A DNA stretch of 53,930 nt, taken from positions 1-53,930 of the forward strand of contig CALWTU010000013.1 of assembly GCA_944384515.1 (NCBI GenBank), written 5' to 3'. The translations under genes and the position numbers were made by a program. Positions 8,514 through 18,787 of the stretch are shown in pieces. This DNA is from an uncultured Clostridia bacterium (lineage in GTDB: Bacteria; Bacillota; Clostridia; Oscillospirales; CAG-272). Under the pieces are notes generated by a model, which saw only the letters and a program-made list of their open reading frames with translations, did no database searches and was not told the origin of the DNA. Within the stretch, counting starts at the first letter, position 1. The number at the start of each line of letters is the position of its first letter.

Positions 8514-9308
8514 ATGCACTTTACGAAAATGCACGGTTTGGGCAACGATTACTTATATGTTTTCGGTGAACCGAAAGACCCGAGCAAATTATCAGTTACC
8601 CTCTCCGACAGGCATTTCGGGGCGGGATCTGACGGAATGATCTGGATATCAAAATCGGATGTTGCGGATTTTAAAATGAGAATTTTCAATTCTGACGGCA
8701 GCGAGGCAAAAATGTGCGGCAACGGAATCAGATGTGTCGGAAAATATGTATACGACAAAGGCTACACGGATAAGAAAAATCTTAAAATCGAAACGCTCTC
8801 AGGCATTAAAAACCTGACTCTCAATGTAGTTTGCGGCAAGGTAAAAACTGTTTCTGTTGAGATGGGAAAAAGCAAGGTAGAAGATGATGTAACTCTTGAC
8901 ATTGAGGGTGAGAAGATAACTCTCACCCCCGCCGAGGTGGGCAATCCGCACGCTGTAATAATATACGAGACGGGAGTAGAAGACGTCGATATTGCAAGAA
9001 TAGGAAGCAAGATAGAACACCACCCGTATTTCCCCGACGGAGTGAATGTAGAGTTTGTGCAAAAGCTGTCCGAAAACCGCATCAGAATGCGTGTATGGGA
9101 GAGAGGCAGCGGAATTACCATGGCTTGCGGCACAGGCGCTTGCGCCGCCTGTGCAGTCCTTACCTCAAAAGGAATATGCGACTTTGGCACCCCGATCACC
9201 GTTGAACTTGACGGAGGCTCTCTCACCGTTATTACCGAAAGAGAGGGAGATGTAATAATGCGCGGAGAAGCGGAACTTATTTACGAAGGAGAATATACCG
9301 AATGTTAA
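8514..9308 (+). CDS. dapF: diaminopimelate epimerase
   Basis: MHGLGNDY, and catalytic Cys motifs MCGNGIRC and ACGTGACA. Confidence 0.92.
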   Translation: MHFTKMHGLGNDYLYVFGEPKDPSKLSVTLSDRHFGAGSDGMIWISKSDVADFKMRIFNSDGSEAKMCGNGIRCVGKYVYDKGYTDKKNLKIETLSGIKNLTLNVVCGKVKTVSVEMGKSKVEDDVTLDIEGEKITLTPAEVGNPHAVIIYETGVEDVDIARIGSKIEHHPYFPDGVNVEFVQKLSENRIRMRVWERGSGITMACGTGACAACAVLTSKGICDFGTPITVELDGGSLTVITEREGDVIMRGEAELIYEGEYTEC

Positions 9309-10492
9309 CGCCCAATCTGAACTACTCCAATCTGAAGAATTCTTACCTCTTTTATAATATATCTCAAAAAATCGCAAAATATATGAGCGAGCACCCCGGA
9401 GCCCGACTTTACAGAATGGGTATCGGCGATGTCTCGTTGCCGCTGTGCAAGACGGTAATAGAAGCACTGAATCAAGGCGTGTCCGACCAGGCGCAAAAAG
9501 AGAGCTTTCACGGTTACATGCCTGAGTGCGGAGCCGATTTCTTAAGAGAGGCGGTCAGGGATCATTATGAGAAACGAGGAGTTTTGCTCCAAACTGATGA
9601 GGTTTTTGTCTCAAGCGGTGCAAGCGACGAGCTTGGCGATATACTTGATCTTTTCGACAAAAAGAACAATGCCCTTGTCATAGAACCTGCCTATCCTGCC
9701 TATGTAGACGCAAATGTCATTGCAGGCAGAGAAATAATTCATCTGCCTTCCGGAATAGAAAACGGATTTTTGCCCCACCCTCCAAAGGACACTGTGGCTG
9801 ATATAATCTATATCTGCTCTCCTAACAACCCGACCGGAGCGGTTTATACAAAAGAGGCGCTAAGCGAATGGGTTGAATACGCTGACAAAAACGGTTCTGT
9901 CATACTTTTCGATGCGGCTTATGAAGCTTTTATCGAGGACGAGAATATTCCGCACAGTATTTTTGAAATTGAGGGCAGCAGAAGCTGTGCCATAGAAATC
10001 TGTTCACTCTCAAAGACGGCAGGTTTTACCGGCACGAGACTCGGCTACACGGTAATACCTAAAACTCTCGAGAGATGTGGGTTGAATCTAAACTCCATGT
10101 GGGTGAGAAACCGCACCACAAAGACAAACGGCGTCTCATACATCATACAAAGAGGCGGTGCGGCGATTTTTACCCCAAAAGGACAGCAGGAAATCAAGGA
10201 AAATATCAATATATATAAAAACAACGCACGGATACTGATGGAGGCTCTTGACGAAGTCGGAATTTGGTATTGCGGTGGCAAAAACGCTCCTTATATCTGG
10301 ATGAAGTGCCCGTGCAACATGTCAGGCTGGGAATTCTTTGATTATCTCATGGAAGAAATTCAGGTAATAGGTACTCCCGGCGAGGGATTCGGAGCATCGG
10401 GAGAAGGATTTTTCCGCTTCTCAACCTTCGGCAGCGAAGAGGATACCAAAGAGGCAGCACGCCGCCTGATAAAACTGCTGAAAAACAAATAA
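9302..10492 (+). CDS. dapL: LL-diaminopimelate aminotransferase (DapL-type class I/II aminotransferase)
   Basis: N-terminus LKNSYLF..I, PLP-lysine motif SLSKTAGFTGTRLGY, NNPTG. Overlaps the dapF stop by 7 nt. Confidence 0.85.
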   Translation: MLTPNLNYSNLKNSYLFYNISQKIAKYMSEHPGARLYRMGIGDVSLPLCKTVIEALNQGVSDQAQKESFHGYMPECGADFLREAVRDHYEKRGVLLQTDEVFVSSGASDELGDILDLFDKKNNALVIEPAYPAYVDANVIAGREIIHLPSGIENGFLPHPPKDTVADIIYICSPNNPTGAVYTKEALSEWVEYADKNGSVILFDAAYEAFIEDENIPHSIFEIEGSRSCAIEICSLSKTAGFTGTRLGYTVIPKTLERCGLNLNSMWVRNRTTKTNGVSYIIQRGGAAIFTPKGQQEIKENINIYKNNARILMEALDEVGIWYCGGKNAPYIWMKCPCNMSGWEFFDYLMEEIQVIGTPGEGFGASGEGFFRFSTFGSEEDTKEAARRLIKLLKNK

Positions 10493-10586
10493 TTTTTCAC
10501 ACTTTATTACTTTAAAAGCAAAATACGCCGATGTGTCTCTGACAAAATCAGCTGACACTGCCGGTTTTGTTTCATTTAATAATATA

Positions 10587-10640
10587 AATGAGGCTCGGTA
10601 ATGTCTGCACGACGAAGACATACCCAGCCTCATTTTTTAT
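10587..10640 (+). terminator. intrinsic terminator after dapL (possibly bidirectional)
   Basis: Long imperfect stem AAATGAGGCTCGGTAATGTCT / AGACATACCCAGCCTCATTT, followed by TTTTTATTT. Confidence 0.7.
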
Positions 10641-10666
10641 TTCAATTTTATGAAGTACACGACTCT

Positions 10667-11473
10667 TTATATATCGAGATTGCTCTTATATTTTTTTGGG
10701 GAAACTCCGTACTTTTGCGAAAATTTCCTTGAAAAATAAAACTGGTCACACCATCCGAGCATTTCGCTTATCTCCTTTATGCTCTTTTTTCCCTTTCTGA
10801 GCTCCATCTCTCCCTTGAAAATCAATTTGTCATCAATATATTTCCCGATAGATACTCCGACTTCCGCTTTAAACTGCTTTTGCAGTTTGCTCACCGAAAC
10901 ATACAGCTTGTCCGCTATATCCGGGATTGAAATTTTTGCACAGAGATTGTTTTCAATATATCTCAGTGCCTTTTTGACAACGCTTGAGTATTTTAAGCTC
11001 GGCTCCGTCAGCTTATTTGAGGAGATAACACTCTCTGACAAAATATTGTAAAGCATGCTTTTTACTTCAATAACAGAGGAAATTTTCCTGTCAAATATCA
11101 GCTCTCCCAGCCTTGAGATAATTTCCCCCTTATCTTCAAGTACAACAATTGAGTTCATCTCCCTCAGCATATCGTAACCACCGATACTTGAAAGTGAGAC
11201 ATGAAAATATATCTTCTCCAAAAAATCGTCGCAAGAATAGGAAAACTCGCTTCCCGACGGAATAATATAAATATTCCCCCGCCTCATGATAATCTCCCGA
11301 TTGTCGTATGTTAGCTTCCCTCCTCCGTCAATTATCATATATATTCTCGTAAAGTCAGAGCATACATTACGGCTGTGCCAATCCGTTCCGATTTTAGCAT
11401 ATGACATTTCATAAATGTCCATATTTATACTGTTTATTTCGCTTAATATTTCGCTCCTAACAATATTATACAT
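10667..11473 (-). CDS. AraC family transcriptional regulator
   Basis: N-terminal cupin-like sensor plus a C-terminal double HTH (ISIPDIADKLYVSVSKLQKQFK ... FYFSRKFSQKYGVSPKKY). Divergent from the fucosidase gene. Confidence 0.85.
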   Translation of the reverse strand: MYNIVRSEILSEINSINMDIYEMSYAKIGTDWHSRNVCSDFTRIYMIIDGGGKLTYDNREIIMRRGNIYIIPSGSEFSYSCDDFLEKIYFHVSLSSIGGYDMLREMNSIVVLEDKGEIISRLGELIFDRKISSVIEVKSMLYNILSESVISSNKLTEPSLKYSSVVKKALRYIENNLCAKISIPDIADKLYVSVSKLQKQFKAEVGVSIGKYIDDKLIFKGEMELRKGKKSIKEISEMLGWCDQFYFSRKFSQKYGVSPKKYKSNLDI

Positions 11474-11578
11474 ACATAAATCTCCATGTTTTTACACTTA
11501 GTTGCATTTACTTTTATTAAATTATATGCTATGATGAATTAAAAGTCAATACTTTACTTTTTGAAAGGAAGATTTATT

Positions 11579-12907
11579 ATGTCAAGTTATGTAAGAAGAA
11601 AAACTCCCGGAAATACCGATTGGTTTGTCCATGACAGATTCGGAATGTTTATCCACTTCGGTCTCTACGCTTTGCCCGCAAGACATGAGTGGATAAAGAC
11701 AAGAGAAAAAATCTCTGAGGAAAAATATCAGAAATACTTTGACAACTTCAATCCCGATCTCTTCGACGCAAAAGAGTGGGCAAGACAGGCTAAAGAGGCA
11801 GGCATGAAATATGCCGTACTTACAACAAAGCACCACGAGGGATTTTGTCTTTTCGACTCACAGTATACGGACTACAAAGTAACAAATACTCCTTACGGAA
11901 AGGATATCGTGCGTGAATACGCAGACGCATTCCGTGAGGCGGGACTGCATGTCGGATTTTATTATTCGCTTATAGACTGGCACCATCCCCACTTCCCGAT
12001 TGACAGACTGCATCCGAGAAGAGATGACGAGGACGCAGAACAGCAGGACAAAGGCAGAGACATGAAGATATACGCAGAATATATGCGCAATCAGGTTCGT
12101 GAGCTTTTGACAAACTACGGTAAAATAGATGTGCTCTGGTTCGACTTCTCCTACTCCACAAAGCCCGGCGAGACACCCTACAAGCCCTGGATGCAGTTTG
12201 GCGGAGGAAAAGGAAAGGATCAGTGGGAGGCAGAAGAGCTGATAAAGACCGCCCGCGAGCTTCAGCCCGAAATCATGATCGACAACAGAACCGAGATTGA
12301 TCAGGATCTGTGGACGCCAGAGCAGTATCAGCCGATGTCCTGGATAAGACACAAGGAAACAGGCGAGCTTGTAACATGGGAGGCATGTCAGACGTTCTCA
12401 GGCTCATGGGGTTATTACAGAGACGAGATGAGCTGGAAATCACCGAAGATGCTCATAGATATGCTCATAAATACCGTTTCCATCGGTGGAAACTTCCTGA
12501 TGAATGTAGGTCCCACATCAAGAGGATATTTTGATCACAGAGCGGAGGACGCACTTAAGGTATATAACAACTGGATGAAGTACAACTCACGCTCAATCTA
12601 CGGCTGTACCATGGCGGAGCCCGAGTTTGTCGCTCCCAGAGGCACAAGGCTCACTCAGAGCGAGGACGGAAAGAGACTGTACATACATCTTATAGAATAT
12701 CCGTACGCATTCTTGGAAATGAACAATATGGCAGGCAAAATAGATTATGCTCAGTTCCTGCACGACGGAAGCGAAATTCTGTTCACTGAGGGAAAATCCG
12801 GTCACTTCAGCGAGGGCGCCACTACCGGTGACAACATGGTATTCTTCAAACTTCCCCAGACTCAGCCGCCCGTAATCGACCCTGTTATTGAGATAATTTT
12901 AAAGTAA
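11579..12907 (+). CDS. alpha-L-fucosidase (GH29)
   Basis: DRFGMFIHFGLYA, AVLTTKHHEGFCLFDS, LWFDFS. Start set to ATG 11579, which has an AAAGGAAG SD. No signal peptide. Confidence 0.88.
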   Translation: MSSYVRRKTPGNTDWFVHDRFGMFIHFGLYALPARHEWIKTREKISEEKYQKYFDNFNPDLFDAKEWARQAKEAGMKYAVLTTKHHEGFCLFDSQYTDYKVTNTPYGKDIVREYADAFREAGLHVGFYYSLIDWHHPHFPIDRLHPRRDDEDAEQQDKGRDMKIYAEYMRNQVRELLTNYGKIDVLWFDFSYSTKPGETPYKPWMQFGGGKGKDQWEAEELIKTARELQPEIMIDNRTEIDQDLWTPEQYQPMSWIRHKETGELVTWEACQTFSGSWGYYRDEMSWKSPKMLIDMLINTVSIGGNFLMNVGPTSRGYFDHRAEDALKVYNNWMKYNSRSIYGCTMAEPEFVAPRGTRLTQSEDGKRLYIHLIEYPYAFLEMNNMAGKIDYAQFLHDGSEILFTEGKSGHFSEGATTGDNMVFFKLPQTQPPVIDPVIEIILK

Positions 12908-12970
12908 TCAGAATGCTTTCAGAAGCAATCGAATAACCGAAAGACAATAAAGTATTTTAAAAATCAATAG

Positions 12971-13023
12971 AAAACCGCACCGAACGGAGAGAAGTTCTCA
13001 TTTTCCGTCAGGTGCGGTTTTTG
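12971..13023. terminator. bidirectional intrinsic terminator
   Basis: AAAACCGCACC ... GGTGCGGTTTTT stem, flanked by an A-run and a T-run, between convergent genes. Confidence 0.7.
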
Positions 13024-13154
13024 AGCGTAAGTGAAGAGAAAATTCAGCAGTTGGTGCTGTGTTCTGTGGGTTTATAAGATTTTATATTGAAGCGCCGAGA
13101 ACTTTCCTTTCTTTTAAAGGCTTTTACAGGACTGTTTCAGACTTAAGCCTCGTC

Positions 13155-13559
13155 CTAGATGAGTTTAGATTCCCCGTCAGCATTTTTAAACTTTGTGACA
13201 ACTCTGAGACGAGTACCTTGTTCCCCGGAAATAAACTCGCACGGGTTTTCCTCATTTAATCTTGCAATCAGTTTTTTCTTTGCTCCGTATATTTCAAAAT
13301 AGACACTTCCCTTTGTTACGCTTGATGAAAAGACAAAGCGGTATTTTTTTGACCTTGAGAGACAAATAACTCTCTTAATGCTTCCGCTGCAAGATATAAA
13401 TTTTTCTTCAATGCTGTTTTTCCTTCTGCAAAACCTCGGATAACACATATAAAACAATGCCGATTTTGTATTTATAATTGCTAAACCGTTTATATAAAGT
13501 ATGTAAAGCAAAGAGAATACCGCTATAACCAAAACGGCTACAATAAAAAACTCTTTCAA
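13155..13559 (-). CDS. hypothetical membrane-anchored small protein (134 aa)
   Basis: TTG 13559 lies 7 nt after an AGGAGG SD. N-terminal TM helix (FFIVAVLVIAVFSLLYILYI). The upstream part of the 207-aa track ORF overlaps a tRNA and its terminator, so I discarded it. Confidence 0.4.
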   Translation of the reverse strand: MKEFFIVAVLVIAVFSLLYILYINGLAIINTKSALFYMCYPRFCRRKNSIEEKFISCSGSIKRVICLSRSKKYRFVFSSSVTKGSVYFEIYGAKKKLIARLNEENPCEFISGEQGTRLRVVTKFKNADGESKLI

Positions 13560-13676
13560 AAAACACCCCTCCTGAAACTGTTCCGTAAACCGACAAGCAG
13601 ACCGATTTACCTCACTACTCGTCGAATTATAAAAAACTCTAAAGCTCACCGTGCAAAACAGTTTATGCTGTATATG

Positions 13677-13707
13677 CAAAAAACGGACCGTATATTTACA
13701 GTCCGTT
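13677..13707 (-). terminator. intrinsic terminator after tRNA-Glu
   Basis: On the minus strand, ACGGAC / GTCCGT stem followed by TTTTTT. Confidence 0.65.
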
Positions 13708-13709
13708 TT

Positions 13710-13784
13710 TGGTGACTCGTGGGAGAATCGAACTCCCGTTTCAGCCTTGAGAGGGCCGTGTCTTAGCCGCTTGACCAACGAGCC
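13710..13784 (-). tRNA. tRNA-Glu (anticodon CUC), CCA encoded
   Basis: Hand-folded cloverleaf. Acceptor GGCTCGT/ACGAGTC, D arm GTC-AAGCGGCTAA-GAC, anticodon stem CGGCC/GGCTG with loop CT-CTC-AA, T arm GGGAG-TTCGATT-CTCCC, then discriminator A and CCA. Confidence 0.88.
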
Positions 13785-13802
13785 ATTTGCAATCGCTTAA
13801 TT

Positions 13803-13831
13803 ATTATATCATTAAACTCTTGTTTTGTCAA
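13803..13831 (-). promoter_or_regulatory. sigma-A type promoter of tRNA-Glu
   Basis: On the minus strand, TTGACA (13831-13826), a 17-nt spacer, then TATAAT (13808-13803). Confidence 0.6.
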
Positions 13832-13967
13832 TACCTTTTTAAAAGTTTTTTGTTTTTTCTTAAAATATTGCTTTTTTTATATTTTTTTGTTACAATGTAG
13901 TAGTAGTAAGACAGCATAATACTCGTTTGTCGGTCAAATTATTTGAGCACAGTCATAAGGGGGATAT

Positions 13968-14804
13968 ATGGATTTTAATAACTTAAATCCTTTTGTACGC
14001 CACATCGGTGTATACGAGGTTATAAACAACAAAGGAGAATGCATAAGCTATGACGCAAGACTCCTTTATACCGTATCCGGCGACCTTACGGTTTCAATCG
14101 GCGGAGAAAAAAAGACGCACCTCGGTTGCGGACAGCTCTTATACATCCCTGCGGGTACAAAATACGCTCTGAAAGGAGAATATTTCAGGACGGTGGTCGT
14201 AAATTTTGACCTGACCGATTCATTTTGTGACAGGAGCGAGAAGATTCTGCCTGTAACACCCGAGAACTTCCGCAGTGAACTGCTGCATGCAGACTCGTTT
14301 GCGCCTTTTGACAAACCTATATTTGTCGACGACATGGAGTCGCAAAGAGATTTGTTTTTGAGGCTTTGCAATATTGCAATTTCACAAGAGGGGCTCTATC
14401 GTGCCGAGCTCAGCGCATATATAAAGATTATTTTACTGAAAGTCTCGGAGACCGTATCCGACAACGCCCTGCCCTTGCGCATGGTAGAAAACCTTGACAG
14501 CTATATAAGAGAAAACTGCTCCGAGGAAATATCGAACACCGAGATCGGCGCAATATTCGGTTATCACCCTTTCTATGTCAGCAGAATGCTCAAAGAAAAG
14601 AAAGGCATAACACTGCGCCAATACATAATCTCATACCGACTCAAAGCGTCAAAAAAACTGCTTGAGAGTACAAAAAAGAGTATGTCCGAGATTGCGGATG
14701 AAACAGGTTTTACCGACGCATCATACTTTACTAAAACTTTCAAGGCAACATTCGGCATGACACCCAAGGAATACCGAAACAACTTTAAAGATAACTTTAT
14801 TTAA
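13968..14804 (+). CDS. AraC family transcriptional regulator
   Basis: Cupin-like N-terminus and a C-terminal HTH pair (ISNTEIGAIFGYHPFYVSRMLK ... SYFTKTFKATFGMTPKEYR). Confidence 0.85.
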   Translation: MDFNNLNPFVRHIGVYEVINNKGECISYDARLLYTVSGDLTVSIGGEKKTHLGCGQLLYIPAGTKYALKGEYFRTVVVNFDLTDSFCDRSEKILPVTPENFRSELLHADSFAPFDKPIFVDDMESQRDLFLRLCNIAISQEGLYRAELSAYIKIILLKVSETVSDNALPLRMVENLDSYIRENCSEEISNTEIGAIFGYHPFYVSRMLKEKKGITLRQYIISYRLKASKKLLESTKKSMSEIADETGFTDASYFTKTFKATFGMTPKEYRNNFKDNFI

Positions 14805-14821
14805 TTAAATTCTGAGGACTT

Positions 14822-16192
14822 ATGAAAAAGAACGATGTTTACAGAGTGAAAATTGACGGTCTGACCAACTTAGGGTTCGGAACGGCGAGAGTCGACGGTA
14901 TGGTTGTATTTGTACCCGACACTGTTACGGGAGACGAAGCGGATATAAAAATTATAAAAATTTTCTCCTCTTACGCCGTTGGAAAAACGGAAAAACTGAT
15001 ACACGCCTCCCCTGACAGATGCAACGGCAGATGCAGCTCGGACACATGCCGCAGCTGTGCCTACAAAAACATTTCATATGAAAAAGAACTTGAATTAAAA
15101 GCAAATGACTGTATCAGTTCATTCAGAAAAGAGGGGCTCTCCCATATACTCTTAAAGGAAGTTGTTCCGTCACCGAAACTTACCGAATACAGAAACAAAG
15201 CGCAGTATCCGATATCAAAAGGCAAAAACGGAGAGTACCTCATCGGTTTTTATGCTCCGAAAAGCCACCGTGTATGCGAGGCGAGATACTGCCCGCTCAC
15301 TCCCAAGATATTCGGTGATATATGCAGTACACTTGAGGAGTTTTTCAAAAAATACGCTCTGTCCGTTTATGACGAAAATACAGGCGAGGGACTGCTGCGC
15401 CACATATATCTGAGGCAGGGAGAGGTAAGCGGTGAAATACTGCTGACTTTAGTAATTAACGGCGATAAAATTCCGCACGGGGATATACTGTGCGACACAT
15501 TAAGTGTAAGGTATCCTGACATAAAAGGCGTTTTGCTCAACAAGAACACAAAAAACACAAATGTAATTTTGTCCTCTGATTTTACTCTGCTGTGTGGCCG
15601 TGAATATATATATGACACGCTGTGCGGAGTAAAGTTAAAGATAAGCGCACCGTCCTTTTATCAGGTAAATCACTCGGCGTGCGAGATACTGTACAAAAAG
15701 GCAAGAGAGCTTGCCGCACTCAAAAAAAGCGACACGCTCCTTGACTTATACTGCGGTATAGGCTCGATAGGACTGTCAATGGCAGAGGACTGCAAGCAGC
15801 TTATCGGTATAGAAATAGTCCCCTCCGCGGTTATTTGTGCAAGAGAAAATGCAAAAGAGGCACAAATTCCGAATGCAAAGTTTTACACGGGCGACGCCAA
15901 AAATACGAGTATGCTTCTGAAAAATGCAGAGGATGAGCTCGGGCGAAAAATTGAGCCTGATGTTGTCATCCTTGACCCGCCGCGCGGCGGATGTGAAAGA
16001 GAGCTTATAGAGTTTGTCTCAAAGCTCGCCCCCGCAAGAATCGTATATATATCCTGCAATCACTCTACACTTGCCCGTGACATCAAAATATTCAATTCTT
16101 TCGGTTACGGCACCGACTCGGCAATCGGCGTCGACCTGTTCCCGATGACAGGGCATGTGGAGACTCTTACATGTCTTGTTAAAAATGGGTAA
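14822..16192 (+). CDS. rlmD: 23S rRNA (uracil-5-)-methyltransferase, RumA/RlmD family
   Basis: N-terminal TRAM domain, a Cys cluster (CNGRCSSDTCRSC ... C), SAM motif LDLYCGIGSIG, DPPRGG, and the catalytic-region YISCN. Confidence 0.88.
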   Translation: MKKNDVYRVKIDGLTNLGFGTARVDGMVVFVPDTVTGDEADIKIIKIFSSYAVGKTEKLIHASPDRCNGRCSSDTCRSCAYKNISYEKELELKANDCISSFRKEGLSHILLKEVVPSPKLTEYRNKAQYPISKGKNGEYLIGFYAPKSHRVCEARYCPLTPKIFGDICSTLEEFFKKYALSVYDENTGEGLLRHIYLRQGEVSGEILLTLVINGDKIPHGDILCDTLSVRYPDIKGVLLNKNTKNTNVILSSDFTLLCGREYIYDTLCGVKLKISAPSFYQVNHSACEILYKKARELAALKKSDTLLDLYCGIGSIGLSMAEDCKQLIGIEIVPSAVICARENAKEAQIPNAKFYTGDAKNTSMLLKNAEDELGRKIEPDVVILDPPRGGCERELIEFVSKLAPARIVYISCNHSTLARDIKIFNSFGYGTDSAIGVDLFPMTGHVETLTCLVKNG

Positions 16193-16312
16193 TTTTTAAT
16201 ATGTTTGGTGAGGTTGCATTTTACTGTTTTAGATGTTTATAATCTATTGAACCGAAAGTGCTATGCATTAATTAAGACGAAGATTATCCCCTCTTTCAGA
16301 GAGTCTCTCTGA

Positions 16313-18667
16313 TCATTCAACCGGAAAACGCACAGTTATTTGTGCCTTTACTCCGTCCCGATATATAACACATTCATATTCTTTTTTGCTCTCAAGCATA
16401 TTTACAGCATTTATAAATTTTTCAATGCTTGATATTTTTATTCCGTTCAAAAAAGTGACAACATCAAAAGGCTCAAAACCCGCTTTGCCTAAAAAAGAAT
16501 TTTTGCCGATGCTGAAAAGAGCCACCCCGTCAGTCGAGTAAGGGATTGCCAACGAGGAACGTATGTCATCCGAAAGTTCTCTCAGTTCGGCTGTTTTAAA
16601 ACTTTGTCTCTTAAAACTTTGAGTACCTCCGCCATAAAAATAAGGCTGCGGCTTTGGTTTATCAGCCCTGCCGAACGAGTTGTCCGACATATCGAAATTT
16701 CTAAAGCCTACCGCTTTCGTGAGTGCGGGAGAATGCTCTGAAACCTGAAAATTATTATCCTTGTACGTTCTCAGAAATTCAGGGTCAAGTGCCAGCCCCA
16801 TACCGTCCTCTGCGGTCGCATTTTCTATCGGTTCTCCGTCATTCCAATATAAATTTCTTTCAAACAAATCAGTTCTGCGAGGTCCTGTGTTTGTCGCCCC
16901 TGCGGCATATCTTACAGCCATTTTGTTATACACAATATTGCTGTATATTTGGTCACTGTTCTTCTCATATGTGCAATGAATATCAAGAGGGGCTCCTATT
17001 ATTACATTGTTGTGCACAGTTCTGTAAAATCCCTCGCGAAGTTTAATACCCACTCCGAGCATGAGGTTATTTGTAATTTCATAATTTGTGGAGCCGTCGT
17101 CAAGATCTATGCCAAACCCCCTGTTGCCTTGTATTCTGTTATGTCTGAGCACGGTGGTATCTACGGCATCAAGTTTTGCATACGGGAATTTTTCCGCTCC
17201 GTAAAGTCCCATATGATCATACTTTATCAGAGACCAGAACCGGTCACGCCCCCATGAATTAAACGGTCCGTGATCCCCGGTTTCCCTGACAGTATCAAAT
17301 ATGTCGTTATTTTCTATTATATGTCCGCCGAAGGTTCCGTCTCCGACATTGATGCCCGCCCTCGGAACATGATGAATGGTATTTGAGTCAATATGGATTT
17401 TGCTTGAAATTGAAACGCAGATACCTGCTACCTGTTTCTCGAAAATTCCCACATTATACATGTAGTTGTTGCTGACAGTTATCTCGCGCGGGTAATCATC
17501 TGTCAGCGGACCCGGAGTCTTATCATTTATAACCGTTTTGTGATTGCCGTTATCCCATGTAGAATAATCTCTTGCCGCAGACTCAAGCCCGACAATAAGA
17601 ACGGCGGATGCCCCTATTTGCGAAAAATCATTACCGTCTATAATGTTATTTTTATTATAACCGCTCATCATAACTGCATTTCCGCCTAAGAAATCGAAAC
17701 GGCAGTTTTTGACAGTTATGTTTTCCGTATTTTCAAAATACAGCGCACCGCTCCTCACTATTCCCCAGTCACTCCTGAGCGGTCGCTCATATTGTTTTTT
17801 AAACATTGTTCTGTCCGACTGAGTAAAGTGAACATTCTCAAATTCTATATTCTTGACAGCCTTTTTGCACGATGAGCCTGTAAAACGGACAATCTCGCAG
17901 TTAATCGCTATTTGAACTGCCGCCCCATCTAAATTCTCTCCGTGCTCGGGATAGTAGTATAAGTCACCCGTTTCTTTATTGTAAAACCATTCGCCGGGTG
18001 CATCAAGCTCCTCAAAAATATTTTCAACCATTCGCTTTTCTGCATGCATTCCACTGCCTTGATTATGATCGCCAACCCATGTATAATTTAATGTATTATC
18101 CTCATTTTTGGAGTTTATAATATAATCATTTCCTCCCCACTCATATGAGTGTATCGCACGGATATATCCACCGCTCGGATCTTTCCATCTTTTGACGCGC
18201 TCCGGGCTTAAACAATCCGCCGCATATCCGTTCAGTATTTCATCGGGGCGGTAATTCGGATATCTTGCAAGCACTTTCAGCTCGGAATTTAAAAACATCA
18301 TCTCAAATTCCCTGCCTGAACCGATATTGCACCTTTTTATATTTTCCTTGTAATCTTGCCAAACAAGATCGCAAAGTTCAAGAGCACCGCTTATAACCAC
18401 TTCTCCACTGTCAGGACCTTTGAAGCTTATAGGACTGCCGTCAGTGTTGCTGTTATCAAACACCATTGGCCCGCTAATATAATACTTTCCGCCGGATATA
18501 TTAACATTTATTGCTCTGCCCTTGTTCTGCCCGATAATCTCCATCACTCTCTCAAATGTCCTGACCGAAGTATTTAAAGACAAGGCATCTGCACAGTCGT
18601 CTCCGTTTGGAGATATGTAAATATTTAAAATTTCTGCCTGTATGCAGTTTCCTTCTGATTTTCCCAT
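16313..18667 (-). CDS. right-handed parallel beta-helix repeat protein with a C-terminal PDZ-like domain (putative glycan-active enzyme)
   Basis: Repeated beta-helix turns (NITVKNCRF, NNIIDGNDF, IHIDSNTIHH, HIIENNDIF, TVLRHNRIQGN, YEITNNLM). The C-terminus GVALFSIGKNSFLGKAGFEPFDVVTFLNGIKISSIEKF is PDZ-like. No signal peptide is visible. Confidence 0.7.
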   Translation of the reverse strand: MGKSEGNCIQAEILNIYISPNGDDCADALSLNTSVRTFERVMEIIGQNKGRAINVNISGGKYYISGPMVFDNSNTDGSPISFKGPDSGEVVISGALELCDLVWQDYKENIKRCNIGSGREFEMMFLNSELKVLARYPNYRPDEILNGYAADCLSPERVKRWKDPSGGYIRAIHSYEWGGNDYIINSKNEDNTLNYTWVGDHNQGSGMHAEKRMVENIFEELDAPGEWFYNKETGDLYYYPEHGENLDGAAVQIAINCEIVRFTGSSCKKAVKNIEFENVHFTQSDRTMFKKQYERPLRSDWGIVRSGALYFENTENITVKNCRFDFLGGNAVMMSGYNKNNIIDGNDFSQIGASAVLIVGLESAARDYSTWDNGNHKTVINDKTPGPLTDDYPREITVSNNYMYNVGIFEKQVAGICVSISSKIHIDSNTIHHVPRAGINVGDGTFGGHIIENNDIFDTVRETGDHGPFNSWGRDRFWSLIKYDHMGLYGAEKFPYAKLDAVDTTVLRHNRIQGNRGFGIDLDDGSTNYEITNNLMLGVGIKLREGFYRTVHNNVIIGAPLDIHCTYEKNSDQIYSNIVYNKMAVRYAAGATNTGPRRTDLFERNLYWNDGEPIENATAEDGMGLALDPEFLRTYKDNNFQVSEHSPALTKAVGFRNFDMSDNSFGRADKPKPQPYFYGGGTQSFKRQSFKTAELRELSDDIRSSLAIPYSTDGVALFSIGKNSFLGKAGFEPFDVVTFLNGIKISSIEKFINAVNMLESKKEYECVIYRDGVKAQITVRFPVE

Positions 18668-18787
18668 ATTTTCCTCCTGTTTGCCGTCTTAACTTTTTAG
18701 AACATTATACTATAATGCCGAAAATAAGTAAACCCTGAAAAGTAACTTGTAATACTGCAAAATTAACCTTTAAAGAAGAGGTATTTC

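Noticed and set aside
13560-13778. The N-terminal third of track ORF 13155-13778.
   Set aside because: It overlaps tRNA-Glu and its terminator. An AGGAGG-TTG start at 13559 explains the remaining coding signal.
16295-16312. The palindrome CAGAGAG-T-CTCTCTG next to the stop of the beta-helix gene, considered as a terminator.
   Set aside because: The possible loop is very short and no U-tract follows on the minus strand, so it is probably incidental.
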